NCBI GenBank assembly: GCA_965637545.1
Contig: OZ281496.1
Coordinates: 124,001-188,000, forward strand
Origin: Phallusia mammillata
Taxonomy: Eukaryota
Direction of reading: 5' to 3'
DNA: 64,000 nt
The position numbers were made by a program, and so were the translations under genes. Position 1 is the first letter of the stretch. The number at the start of each line of letters is the position of its first letter. Below, in pieces: positions 30,644 to 43,400 of this stretch. The notes under the pieces are model-generated. The model ran no database searches and was not told the origin of the DNA. It was given only the letters and a program-made list of their open reading frames with translations.

Positions 30644-32828
30644 GTTTCTTACTGCTTCGTTATTGTGTCTAAATACAAGACATTTTCCTATTTGCCTGTT
30701 GTTTTGATGAAAGCTTGTACTTTTGATATTTTTGTACATAAGATTGGGTTTAGCCCGTTAGGCAACAAACAAGCTCATGAATTGATCGAAGTTTAATATT
30801 AAAAAAATCCTTGTTTCTTTACATAGGGTATACAGACAAATAAATTGCCGATCACCATGAACTGCTATATTAATTAAATGTTTGTTTTGCGTACTTATTA
30901 ATAATCTAGGGCTAGGCCGACAAACAACAAACTAATGCAACGTATTTATTGAAATACGTTGGGCATAAATATTTTAAACCATCAATGCTTATTTATCGTG
31001 GGTAGCTATAGTTGGCCACCATACCCTCATTTCTAATTAAACATTTAAGCTAAACAGCATTGAAACGTGCACAAAATGCGTACTTGTCATAAATCTAGGC
31101 AGATAAACCGGTAAAATATCGCGGTTGAAAAGAAAAAGGCAAATTGCCCTCAGGCATTCAACCAGAGGTCTATGTCGTCACAGTGCGCATTGTTCATGGA
31201 TTTGTGATGTGCTGTTTAGAGTTTGAATCAAAACTTACTGAATCATGACGTTAGTAATTCAGCGTGGTAAGTCAGGTTCCAGGTTTTTACGAAATTACTT
31301 TCAGTGGTAAAGTTAGCCGAATGAAATAATATAAATGTGGTGTAAATGCATAATGTGAGGAAATGTTTTATGTGTCGGCCATATTGAGTCGCAGGGCTAA
31401 TATTTATGTTGTTGTGCTTCAAATTTTACGGCGGCAGGTACCGTATTTACTTGATTGTAATCCGCATGCTGTGATGTTAGATACTTGTGTTTGATAACAT
31501 TTCTTTCTGTTGCCGCATACAATACAACTATATGTAAACATATGTTAGTTACGCAAATAATTCTACCCAGCAGAGCGTATTTCGACGTGTAAAGCCAACA
31601 TGCAAAATACTTTTGAACCTAACAGAAATCAAAAAGCAGGGGCGTAGAAATAATATTGCTATGATATTAAAATGTAAGCTGTACAAACCTTAGGGCAAAA
31701 AACTTTATAAAGCGCTGCTTACATTTGAATAAATACGGTGTGTTTGACTTGACAAAATGTGAAATCGATGCCCCAACCCTGTAATACTGGTGCACAAATC
31801 TTATGAAATGTTATATGACGCAGAATGTGACATTGCATCACCACCACATGACGTCACCACCATATGACGAAATTTCGTAAAACCTTTGCAAATTTAAACT
31901 TTTGCAACGAAAACACCGCATCTGGTATACATGCACCAAACAAAGTAACAATTAGTTAAGCTTGTTTGCAGTTAAGTGGCTGTACACGTCACTTTTGGTT
32001 ATGTTTGTTTATGTGGATAATTGATTACACGTGCTACTTTAATTACTGCTCTCTCCTATGGTCGGGTAAATGTTACTATAGTCCACGTAATTATATCTAA
32101 TGTTACTCTTTTTATACGTGCGACAGCCATGTTGTGAACTCAAATTTCAAAATCTGATGTTTAGGTCTATGGTGATTATAAGCGAAATTGACAAGTGCTT
32201 TTAACTAACGAAAGAGGCAACGTACCTCAGTAAACAATAAACCGATTTTGTAGTACTACGTTCTACTTGTGAAACCACCCATTAAAACAAACAATTGTTA
32301 AGTAAGGTTACAGTACATAGTATTTTGCAAGTTTACTCACTGTTTTCCAATAACATATCTGGTGTTTTCAACAAAGTTTACTTGATTATTTCCACCTTAA
32401 ACTCTTGACATATAAATCCACAAGTTTGAACAGCAACCTTGAAAACACTGTTACTGCTTTTCAATACAATTCGCTGTCATAAACAATCTGACTGACACAA
32501 ATTGAAACACAGAACCTTGAACGAACGCAGAGTGATGAAAAAAGCATGATAACAACAGGACAACGGTCGACTGCACCAGTTGTGCCTGTAGCACGGTTTT
32601 CAACAACACTGCGAACAAATGCGCACGAAAGCTGATTTGTTTTCACGCCCGAAGCATTGCTAAACTGAAGAAACAATTAACACCTACAATTGTTTTGATG
32701 TGCATAAAGAAATTTACTATAAAGAAAACAGGCATCAAAATTATTTCTTTGCGCTTATTGTGTAAACCTTCTATTTTTAGGTGCGTGTATATTTATTGTT
32801 TGTTTATTTTCTTTGCAGAAATTAGAAA

Positions 32829-34261
32829 ATGTCATCAAATACAAAAGTTCCACATGTATTAAGTAAAGTCCTTATTTTGTTGTCGTTCTGTGTGGGAATC
32901 TACATTTACATCATGGAGTAAGTTTTTTTCATATTTAGTGGAAAAAAGTCGCTCGATTTAAAACTGTTTTTTTGCAGACGGGGCATTTTCACTTTTTCAA
33001 AGTGCATTAAAACTACGCCGCCTAGTGAAACTTTGGAAGAAAATCAAAGCAACTTGGTCGCTAAGCAACCGGAAGTGTAAGCACGTGACTATTTTGATGA
33101 TTTCTATGTTTAAGTCATATTTTCTGTGGTTTCAGGCCGAGTTCTGCGGAAAAGTTTTCGGTTCAATTTTCCGACGAAACTTCTCATTATCACAACAGGG
33201 GAAGTCCCAGCAAATACGTGCAGGAGCCAAGCGACGAATTTTGCAAAAGTAAGAAAACATCGATTAATCTTTGTAAGTTTTATGTTAACCGCGTTGTTTT
33301 GCAGACGTTGATCTTCTCATAATGATCAAAAGTTCCAGAAATCATTCAAAGCAGCGTGACGTCATCAGGAACACGTGGACCAGCGTTCACAACGTTTTAA
33401 ACAAAACGGTGAGATTTTATCAAATGCTGATTAAATTTTTTTTATAAGTTTTCTTTTGTGTTTATTTTTAGATCCGCGCAATATTTTTGCTCGGAGTTTA
33501 TAATCCGGATCACCAGAGCGATTCTCTCGCCGCCGAACTTAAAACGCGACAGGATTTGCTGGTCGGGGATTTTGTTGATAGTTACGAAAATCTCACGCTT
33601 AAATCTTCGATGGGACTCCGCTGGTTTGCTGAGTCATGTAGGTGAGTCAGCACTATTTGTGAAGGGGATTTACATTTGTGACGAAACATTGGGCGATTGT
33701 TGCGTACAGATATCCCACTTACGTCATACTGGGTGATGACGACACAATTATGTCATTGACGCAAATCGGTCGTAGCTATCTCATTCGCTCATCAGCCGAA
33801 AACGTGTTGCATTGTGGGGATAAAGTAATCAGGAATGCCAGGGTAGGTCTTTCACCTGTCAATCATTTATCCCGTCTCACTAACTGACCGGTTACCAGGT
33901 GAAACGGAAAGGTCGTTGGAGCATTTCAAGTGACATCTACCCCAACGTAAGGTACCCTCCCTACTGCAACGGACCATGCTTCATCATGTCGCGTGACGTC
34001 ACCGTCGCCATTAGCAACCAACTGATGACGTCACCGATGGACATTACAGTCGACGATGCGTTGCTGACAGGCATTGTACGAGATAAAGTACGTCACTGTT
34101 GTGTATTGTCACGAAAATTATAGAAATCATACAATCGTCCATTTCAGATCGGTTTGCAATTAGGGACTATCCCGCGGGGATTTTGCCGACATCTCACAAA
34201 TTCTCCACTCATCATTGATAAAATATTAAACGCATGGACGAACTCGAAGCCGGACACGTGA
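32829..34261 (+). CDS. Beta-1,3-galactosyl/GlcNAc-transferase family (GT31) type II membrane glycosyltransferase, 336 aa, 8 exons
   Basis: Exons: 32829-32917, 32978-33076, 33136-33248, 33305-33408, 33472-33641, 33710-33842, 33899-34087, 34148-34261 (1011 nt). Signal anchor VLILLSFCVGIYIYIM. GT31 motifs LLIMIKSS...RDVIRNTW, GDFVDSYENLTLKSSMGLRW, DxD motif GDDDT, YPPYCNGPCFIMSRDV and VDDALLTG. Confidence 0.9.
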
Positions 34262-34468
34262 TGGAAAACATAAATCCCCGAAAAGATAACCTAAGCGACC
34301 ACTTGGCGGCGGAAGAGAGCATAGATTTGGGAAAAAGGCGGATCGAAGACAGAAAAGGGCGAAATAAATACAAATATTGTAAGGAACGACAACAAACAAT
34401 TATCTTCCGCGATGGAACAAACGGAACAGTTCCTTGTTGACATAAAAAATTCATAAATAAAAATCATT

Positions 34469-37400
34469 TCACGTCAAATTAACTCGAAGTAACGGACTCT
34501 CTGGCGACTCCGTGCGGGTGCGCATGTTGTATGTCGTCACTGTGACGTCATAGAAAGGATACGTCAGTCGACGCACGACCCTGAAAATAAATCACGTGTA
34601 AAAGTTTGCGACAGAAATTCGACATATATTGTTGTACTTACGCTTTATTGTTACGTAACAATCGTATCGACCGGCTGACAATCTGAGTTCCAGCTCTGTA
34701 GAAACGAAGATTAAATCGGACGAATCGCGAAGCAACACCCGATATTCGAACAGATGACCATTCAAGTGTGACCGTGTTTGTAGTCGACGCAGTTTTCCGC
34801 AAACCGGTGGGTGGCGCTAAAGCGTCAGTTGGACCTTGGAACAAAAATGAGTCGTTAACCCTCGCGTTAGGCGGGAAGCCCTTAAAACTTCGCGGCGTTT
34901 CGATTGAATTGAGTGCGAGAATTATAAGAAAGACACGGCTGGCCAGAATGAACTGGAGCGAAATATAGAAGCGCTCGACGACAAAATTAGTCGAACCAAC
35001 GGTGCTCCTCTTGATCCAAACGCTCCAGTAAAATTAACGCAATTAATAAGTAGTTTGGATGGACTCGTAGAAAACAAAAGAAGCGATATTTAGATAGGAC
35101 CTGTTGGGCCGAAAGAGGTGAAAAAACACAAAATATTTTAGAAAAACGTCACGTTAAAAAATAAATAAATCAACCGTCTTAAAAGCGGTGACCAGGTCAA
35201 TACGGACCAAAAATCAATATTATCAGAGCTATCGCGATTTTTTGAAGACCTGTACAAAAGACTCTTACTTAGCCAATTTCAAACAATGAAATTAAGTTTG
35301 CCATTACCACAACGCCTGAAAATAAGTCACCGGGCCTCGACAAATTAAACGGAAATAATAGGCAAACATTGCACTTATATTTCGGACACGACCGTTAAGG
35401 TGATGAAGCAGGTCGCTCTTAATACACCTTATTCAATAAGTGGTTCATAACCTTTATTTTTCCTTGCTGCACCCCTTTCAAATCACCAACCAATTTTCGC
35501 CCCCCCGTTCAAATCACCAACCAATTTTCGCACCCCTTCCGTTTTTGTATTTATATAGAATAGACCTAACCAAACTTAATCATTCAGCATCGCCGCACCC
35601 CCTAGGAACAGTTCTTGCACCCCTTGGGGGTACGTGCACCCATGGTTAAGAATCCCTGCCTTATTGGCTCTAAAACGTAAACGAACTAATATAAAATTAA
35701 ACGGTTTTCACGACCCCACTTGGAATTGCAGTCAGAAACAGCTTGCAAAGTTTCAGTTTGTTCATATAAGCGAAACGGAAATAACAAGCTAACATAATAC
35801 TTATTTTCGAGTGCTCGACCGTTAACGCGATAAATTCCTCTTAATATAACGAATTAGTTCCTCTTAATACACCTTATTGACTCTAAAACGTAAACAAACT
35901 GAGATAAAATTAAACGGCTTTCACGATCCAATTTGGAATTGCAGCCAACCGATCTTGCGAAGTTTCAGTTTGTTCAGAATATCGAAGTGCATTCAACACA
36001 AATAATCTTCAGACCTTCAAAGTAAAGTGGGCTGGCCTTTAGTCCCACGTGTCGCTGCTAGCGTTTTCATTCTCGCCCGTCTTTCTATTAGATTTTCTCA
36101 CATATCAGGTTCACTCACTTTGTGTGACGATTTGAGCGGTCGGTCTGACAAAAACCGGACGCTGTTTTGTTGCAACGACTTGGCGGAAAGAAATCCCCGT
36201 TCCCGACGTCACTGGGCTTGCAGTGATGATGTAATCGGTGTTGGGGGATAGTGACGTAAATGCGACGACTTTGTGTTGAGGTTTGATCAGTTTCAGTTGA
36301 AGAACCTGAAATATTTGGCAATTAAGATTTCTTTCAAGACGCCAAAATCGCTTTTCCTTAGTGACGTCATATTACCCGATTGTTTCCCGGTGTCCTGATC
36401 TCGAATTTCAGAGTTCCGACGCCTTTCGGGAATTTGTTGATCGCCAGTGACACGTGACTACTGCCTAGTGATGTCACAGTGACGTTGATGGTCGATTCTC
36501 GGGCCGGGAGCGTTCTCACGATGATTTTCCCAACAACACCAGGTATGACGTCACCGCGCAGAGTGGCCGGTCTCACTGTGACGTCATAGTTGGTAGAAGG
36601 TTGGAGGTGAGAGATGAAAACTGATCTTCCTCCTCTCAGTCCCTCGAACACAGGAGTCGAACTGTCTCCGTCCAACTTCGTCACAACCAGTTTGAATCTG
36701 CGACAATCGATTTTTTACTCACTATTAAGCAGCATTGTGACGTCACAAGTACCTGTGTACGTTCTGGAATCCGACCCACATGACCTTGAATCCGGTGGAG
36801 GTCACGCCGCTAGGTGGGGCAAACGTGGAGAGAATCCTTTCATCGGTGAGCGCGCTCCCTACGTGTATCACAACCGGGGATTCCTGCAGTAAAATCATAC
36901 GCAGTCGTTGCCTTAACAACGGGAGCAGAAGCGACTTCGCTTTCACCACTGTGACGTCATTCATCTGTGACGTCACGACCACGGATAGCGATTGTGAGAG
37001 TCGCTCGCTTAACGAGTTGATCGTATCGTTTGTTGCGTCCCGAGATTCTTTCAGGAGTTTTATTTCGCGAGCGATTGAAACAATGCTTTCGAACGCGACC
37101 CCTTCTGTGGAACGCTTTCGTCGCCCGATCACCTTCTTCGGTCCTCCTAGAATGTGACGTAACAATCTCACTCTTGTTTATTTTGTTACGTAACAATCAC
37201 TGTATTTTTTGACGTAATAATTACACCATTCTGCATTTCTGTGTTCACTCACCAGAATTCCTTGTAATGGTCGATTGGACGGCGTTGCTTATTTGTTGAA
37301 TGTGTTCTAGAACTCTGGTTCGGAATTCCAGGTCCTCCCCACTTACAAACCCTCCTCTGTTTAGTCGCTCATCGTCGCCCTCTCGTGGTGAGCTGAAGTG

Positions 37401-40400
37401 AAATTTACAGTTGAACGGTTCAGTTTTTCAAGTGTAAAAGGCAACGCTTTGTGTAACATATAAGCGCAGAATCAGTCAAATCTGGACCATTCAACCGTTA
37501 TCCAATGATGTTTTTGCAGGGTTGCCGTCGACATGGACGCCGAAAAAAGGGACAACCGAAAAAATAGATTTTTTGAACAAATCGTATAAACATACGGGCC
37601 TTGACATGCCATGTTTTTTGCCAGGAACAATCTGTTTCAGCAACTCCTTGTTCGTAGAAAATACTTTATGCATCTCACAACAGCTCAAGTCTAGGTTTAC
37701 TTTTACTTGTAGCAGGGATTTGACTTGTAAATGTTGAAAATAAGAGAAAATAAGGATTCAAGTCAAAAACAAGGACAAATCTTAGAAAAAAGGACGGTAT
37801 GGCAACTTTGTGAATATGGTATTATGCACAAATCTAATTTGATTTCGTTACTGTTTATTTATTCCCGCAATAAACAAACACCATGCATCCATTGTAGTTG
37901 TGTTTAACTTTCAAACTTACTCTGGAATTGTTTGTATTGTTTCCAGGAAAGCTGTAACAACTGATTCGAGAATTCCGGTTGTCGGATCGCCCGTTGCCGT
38001 GACAATGCTTCGCGCGAACGGAAGAAACGGGGCTAGAATAAAAAATGTTGATATTTCATAAATTAATTCCATATATGAGTGATTTCTGGGCGTATGAGCA
38101 TCGACCCAGCTTGTTTAGTTTAGCTAATTGTGTTTCTACAATAGCTAGAATGTTTTTATGGATAAGTTTATTGATACATTGTTTTTGTAACACTTTTGCA
38201 ATTAAAGAGAGGAGATATGTTCTGATAATAACCAATGCTACTTGCACAGGAGCTCACACCACAGATTTGGGAATTTCCGATAAGTGGCGCAACGGAGCAT
38301 TGGCGTTCGTAATGGCAGTTGCGCTGAGTTAGCAGCTGTTGCCATCACAAACACAAACGTCTATGCTACGTTACGCTACCTATCGGAAATTCCAAAACCT
38401 GAGCCGTGAGTTTCTGTGTTAGTAGCTCTACCAATAAATAAGGGGTAAAAGGGGAATTCCCTGGTTCTCACCTGTTTTCACCGCGACCCAATCCCCAACA
38501 GTCAACGTAGTCGAATCGCTGCTAACCGCGTTCACTGTGACGTTATAATCAGTTCCAGCCGCGAGATCCTTCAATCGGTACTGTGACGTCACAAACATAT
38601 ATATTAGATGTTAGGTGCATAATGGTCTGTGACGTCAAAAACAAATTTCGATTGTTACCTCATTTGTTGAAATCCCGTTGATTCTGCGCACCATGCTGTT
38701 GCCAATAGCAACGACGAGCATGTATGATCTCGCGAACGGGGTCGGTGTCCACGTGACAAGGAATCCTGATGACGTAATCTGACTGATCATGATGCCACTT
38801 ACGTTATTCGCGTTCGGGTAAGCTGTAAGATAAGTTCAAGGTTAAAAACCTTTAAGTAAGCACGTGCTAACATAGAAAACATACGAATGGTGACCGGAAC
38901 AGCGGATGAGGGGGCGGATTCGAAATATCGTCCAATAGAAACAACAGACAACATGTAACGATTTCTGTAGCCAAGACCCTTTATCACGTATGGTGGTGTT
39001 GCGTTGCTGAAATCAACATAAAAATTACAAAATCTTCAAGTAAATATTTCAACCAAATTCTCACTTTTTGTATTTTTGTTTTATTTTCTTTTATTATTTT
39101 CTAATTTTTTTATATTTTTTTTAATTTTTAGTTCTCACTTGTAAACAAAAATTCTTCCACTTTTGCTGTTTTGCGCCCTCACGCGGTAACCAATGGCGCG
39201 TAACGCCGGCTCCCACGTCACCGTGACGTCATTGGGAGTGACGTGAAGAATTTGGAAATCCCCGGGAACACCGGGAACCAACCGACCTGCGTAATAATGA
39301 CGTCAATTGTCTTGTTAATGACGTAACAATGTGGTTGAGTGTGCGTCATAATACCGATTATTGCATCAAGGCAATGAATTTATTGCGGTATATGTTTGCA
39401 AGATTGATTAGAACTTTTTACATATAAACAAAATATTTATATGCAGGTAAACTTGTGTTAATTCAGCAAACGTGATTAATTATTTTCGTGTTAGTATAAA
39501 TTTTCTCATATTAAAGTTTTAAATTATTCTTTTTCTCGTTAAACAACATAGCAGATAATTTATCTTGGTTGGAATTAGCAGCAAGCATTGTTTCGTCACA
39601 ATAAACAGCTTTGATTGCACAAGAGAAGAAAAAGTGAAATAATTGCAAATTTACAATTATTTGCAAACGAAAGAGCCGCCGTTATTCTATAGCTCTCAAA
39701 CATTTTAATGGCGTGGTTTAAAACCATGACAAGTATACCATGGAATTTAGGCATTTTAATTATCTCGTGAATCCAGTAATTTGCCAACTTAGCAATGCAG
39801 CGAAAGCATTGAGTGATTTGACAGGGAAAGTATAGAGAAGAAGCAAGTAAAGCTATAAGAGAAAACGCAACAAAGCAATACAAAGCTGAACAATTGATGT
39901 CAAATTTGTTTGTTTGTTTTTCAATTTACCTCGTAAAATTTCTCTTTCGGTGCGTTCTGGAATGTTATCATGACGTAATTATCGATATTATGACGTACAC
40001 AAACATATCAATGAATCGGTTTTAGAATCGATTACGTCACCAACTCACGTGTTCGGGTTTTAACTACGTCACTTTCACGTGACCTGTCTCCTTCGCGTCC
40101 CACTGCTACGAATGTGACGTCATAAACGGTGTTTTGTTGCAGCTCGGTGATGAGTGTTGGAGTGAGCGCGCTGACTTGGCTGCGAGATGTTTCAAATATT
40201 TCAGTTGTTTGAGATAAGTATTTCCAGCAAAAATAAATATTTTAGATATAGAGTGAAACTAAAATTTAAATGAAACAGGTTTTAAACCGCTTTAACCCCA
40301 AAAGTGTGAAATATTTCGAAAATAAGGCGACACAAAGAAACAGGTGTAAGGCAGCGTTGACGTCACAAGAAAAATCTAGCCTGCGGTGGGATTCGGACCC

Positions 40401-43400
40401 ACGACAGGAGTCTTTCCGGGACTCGAGCTCTACCAACTAAGTCTCACAGGTTCAATGGTACACCCGCCGAAAGTCGAATCACAAACATTACTGGGAAACT
40501 TTGCTAAACTTTTGGCCTTTAATTAACTCAATTTAAAATAAATATTTTCAACCAATCTTACCCGACGCGTTTGGGAATCTGTCTTCGGGTTTTCACCTGG
40601 ATCTCATAAGACACTGCATGTGGAATCGGCCGTAACGTCACAACGAACGAATCATGCGTCACAGAGCCTATTGTCATCAACGGGGTGACCACGTGACGCG
40701 GCATCACCGGAGAAGGAAAACCTGGAGACAAAAATGAAATTATTCTGATGGAATTTCACAAATAATAATACGCGCGTTCTTTCTTGTTGGCAACGGACAA
40801 TTCTCCGATTGGCCCATAAAGAATCCAATAACACAAGGCTTAGTTTATTTTATGTAACTTTTCATTGTATGTCTGCGCTCTTACGCGCTTTTCACTGTTC
40901 AAGTGTTTATCGCATTTTGTGTTTATATGCGTGTTTATGTTTTTAGTTTGACGGGAATCAATCAGAGCTTTTTAGTGTTATGCTAGTCATATCAGCCACT
41001 GTGTTGTTGTCGCTTGTTTCATCTGCCTTCAACCCGTCCATTTTCGGGTTCGGGCCGGGCCGATTCGGGTTCGGGCCGGGTTTCGGGCTTCAATTTCGGG
41101 CGCGTTTGCAACTCTGGTGCGACTTTCGCCAATAAACAACGACACCGGAGTCACAAATAACAGCTTAACACTTACGAGGAATCACTGTGATTGATCGACT
41201 TGCTCGAGATTTTTCAAATTTCCCAACTGACGTCACTGTTATGACGTAACTGGCACGATGACGTAAATCGGTGACGTTTGTAGTTGTTCCCTTCACGTTT
41301 CTGGAAACACAAAGAAACATCAACAAACGTATTTAAGGTTCACACAACATCGAGAATACCTGATTGTTTGGACAGAGTCCGTTTCGCTGTTCAGCACTGT
41401 GACGTCATAAGACAAAGCTCGCAAAGCGCGAGACCACACGATGATCACGTGGTTTGATCTGATTCGCGTCGCGCGAAGTCCGGTCGGGATTCGGGGAGGA
41501 AATGGTTCTGTTGAGAAAGTTGGGGCAATATGGATTTGTTAAATGTGCAACCTGGTGAGGGGGCAGGGGGATGAAAAATATTTGCTGCGATTTTTACACA
41601 CAAAGTTTATGTTTGTTTGTGATACATGGGCATAACTCGATTTGTCGCCAAACAAGTTTGTATTATATATTTTTCTTTTATCTGATTCCAACCTATTTCA
41701 GTTGAGATCAATTAATTTGTAACTGGGATCAGTCCTTGATCATTGATGCAGACAAGCGATCATGGCACACTCATACAAAAATCACACTACTCCAGTCCCA
41801 TTGAAGGCGCCCCATCCAACCTACTTGTTCGAATTCGCGATGGCGGCGAACTTTCTTCTGTTGTTGCTCCCGAAGCCCCTACAGCTTTCATTGTGACGTT
41901 ATAATGGGTGTCGGCGAACAATAGATCGATTTCCAACGAGGTTTCAGTTTGACCCCTACAAGGTCAACATATGACGTTAGATGACGTAACAAACATATAC
42001 GAACACTGAATCGCGTTCTTACTTGACCGTGTATTCTTTATCCCCTCTGTCGGAACGCAGTATTATGACGTAACTAACGGCGTTTGTGATCTGGGGCCAT
42101 CTAGCGACGAGACTGGTTTGTGTGGTGTTTTGGATGGTTAATAATGGTTCTCTGGTGGTTGGAAGAACTGGTGCTAGGGAATCTATAAAAACAATGATTG
42201 ATTACTGCCTGTGAACTGTGTGCAGTGGGACCACAAGTCAACAGATGCTTAGTAGAAGAGACGGAGACTTAGTATGAGAGACGAAACAGTTGCTTATAGC
42301 AACAGACTAAAATCTATGACAGGTCTGAAGTCATCCACTGTTACTACCTAAGTAGTTAAGCAATACTTAATTAATAGGCATCATCAGTATCCAAACACTA
42401 AAGAATCTTGGACAAGTTAAACTATCAACCACTAACAAGCTTTACAAAAATATGCTGAAAGTAAATTTGAATTGGCCGTCTGTTTGCGCAGTCAAAATAC
42501 AGCAAAACTCATCTTGTTAGTTCTTTACAGTTTAACTTGTTCAAGGTTCTTTACCGCTGTTTGTTTTTAGATACTAATGATGCCTATTATCTAGGTGAAA
42601 TATATATATATCTAAACATAAAAAACGGTGGATGACTTCAAAAAGTCTGTCAGTCTGTTGTCTACGCGACTCTTGTCTCCATCTCTCGAGTCTCTGGTGA
42701 TTCGGGATTTATTAGTTCTCACCAGGGTTGCCAGGTAGTGACGATTAGATTCGGACAATATTTGTCTGAAAATCGGACATTTTAGGACAAAAAAAAACTA
42801 GAGCGTATAATTGCTAACAAGGCATCAATATCGAGGTGCCAACAGCCATTTTTGTGCGCTTACGTTTCCTACACTCATAAGCGCGAGTTTTAGAAAAATG
42901 CAAAGGGGTTGACGTAAAACATGACAAACTTCCCATGTTTGACAAAAAAACGACATGTTTAAAATAATATTTAGTCGGCAATTGCAAACACGTTGCTGTA
43001 GCGTTTATCATTGGTTTTAGCAACGTTTAAAAAATGTTTTGTCAAGTTGTTGCTTCAAATCACCTTAGATAACCATCTGTTACAATACATTTGAATTGTA
43101 CACAACAATGGCCAGACATTCACTGGTAGGCAATTATGTGTTTAACGTCATAAACAAGGCACTAACCAAAACAAGTTGCAGTTTTAAGCCACGTTTTGTC
43201 GTTAAAGAGATTTGCAACCTTCAAAAAATAGGATTTTCGGACATATAACAAAATTCGGTCATATTAGGACAAAAAACTAAATGTCCTAATGATTTTTAGG
43301 CGTCGGACACAGCATGTGAAATTAGGCCAATTTATCGTTTTTTGTCCGAATTTTAGGCCACCTGGCAACCCTGGTTCTCAGTCTGTAGATAATCGCCTGT

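Noticed and set aside
32340-32676. Minus-strand segment with an acceptor, a downstream donor and a hydrophobic 71-aa ORF
   Set aside because: No recognisable protein and no partner exons; it may be promoter or non-coding sequence.
34234-34440. 68-aa ORF overlapping the GT31 last exon as an alternative C-terminus
   Set aside because: It is in a different frame, I found no acceptor that would bring it in frame, and it has no motif.
36884-36900. Apparent GTATGA...CTGCAG mini-intron inside exon 37146-36753
   Set aside because: It is only about 17 nt, far below the 52-nt minimum seen elsewhere in the window, and the frame reads through without it.
36780-37212. Plus-strand ORFs (125, 79 and 60 aa) opposite the SEA-like exon
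   Set aside because: Antisense shadows of the minus-strand coding exon.
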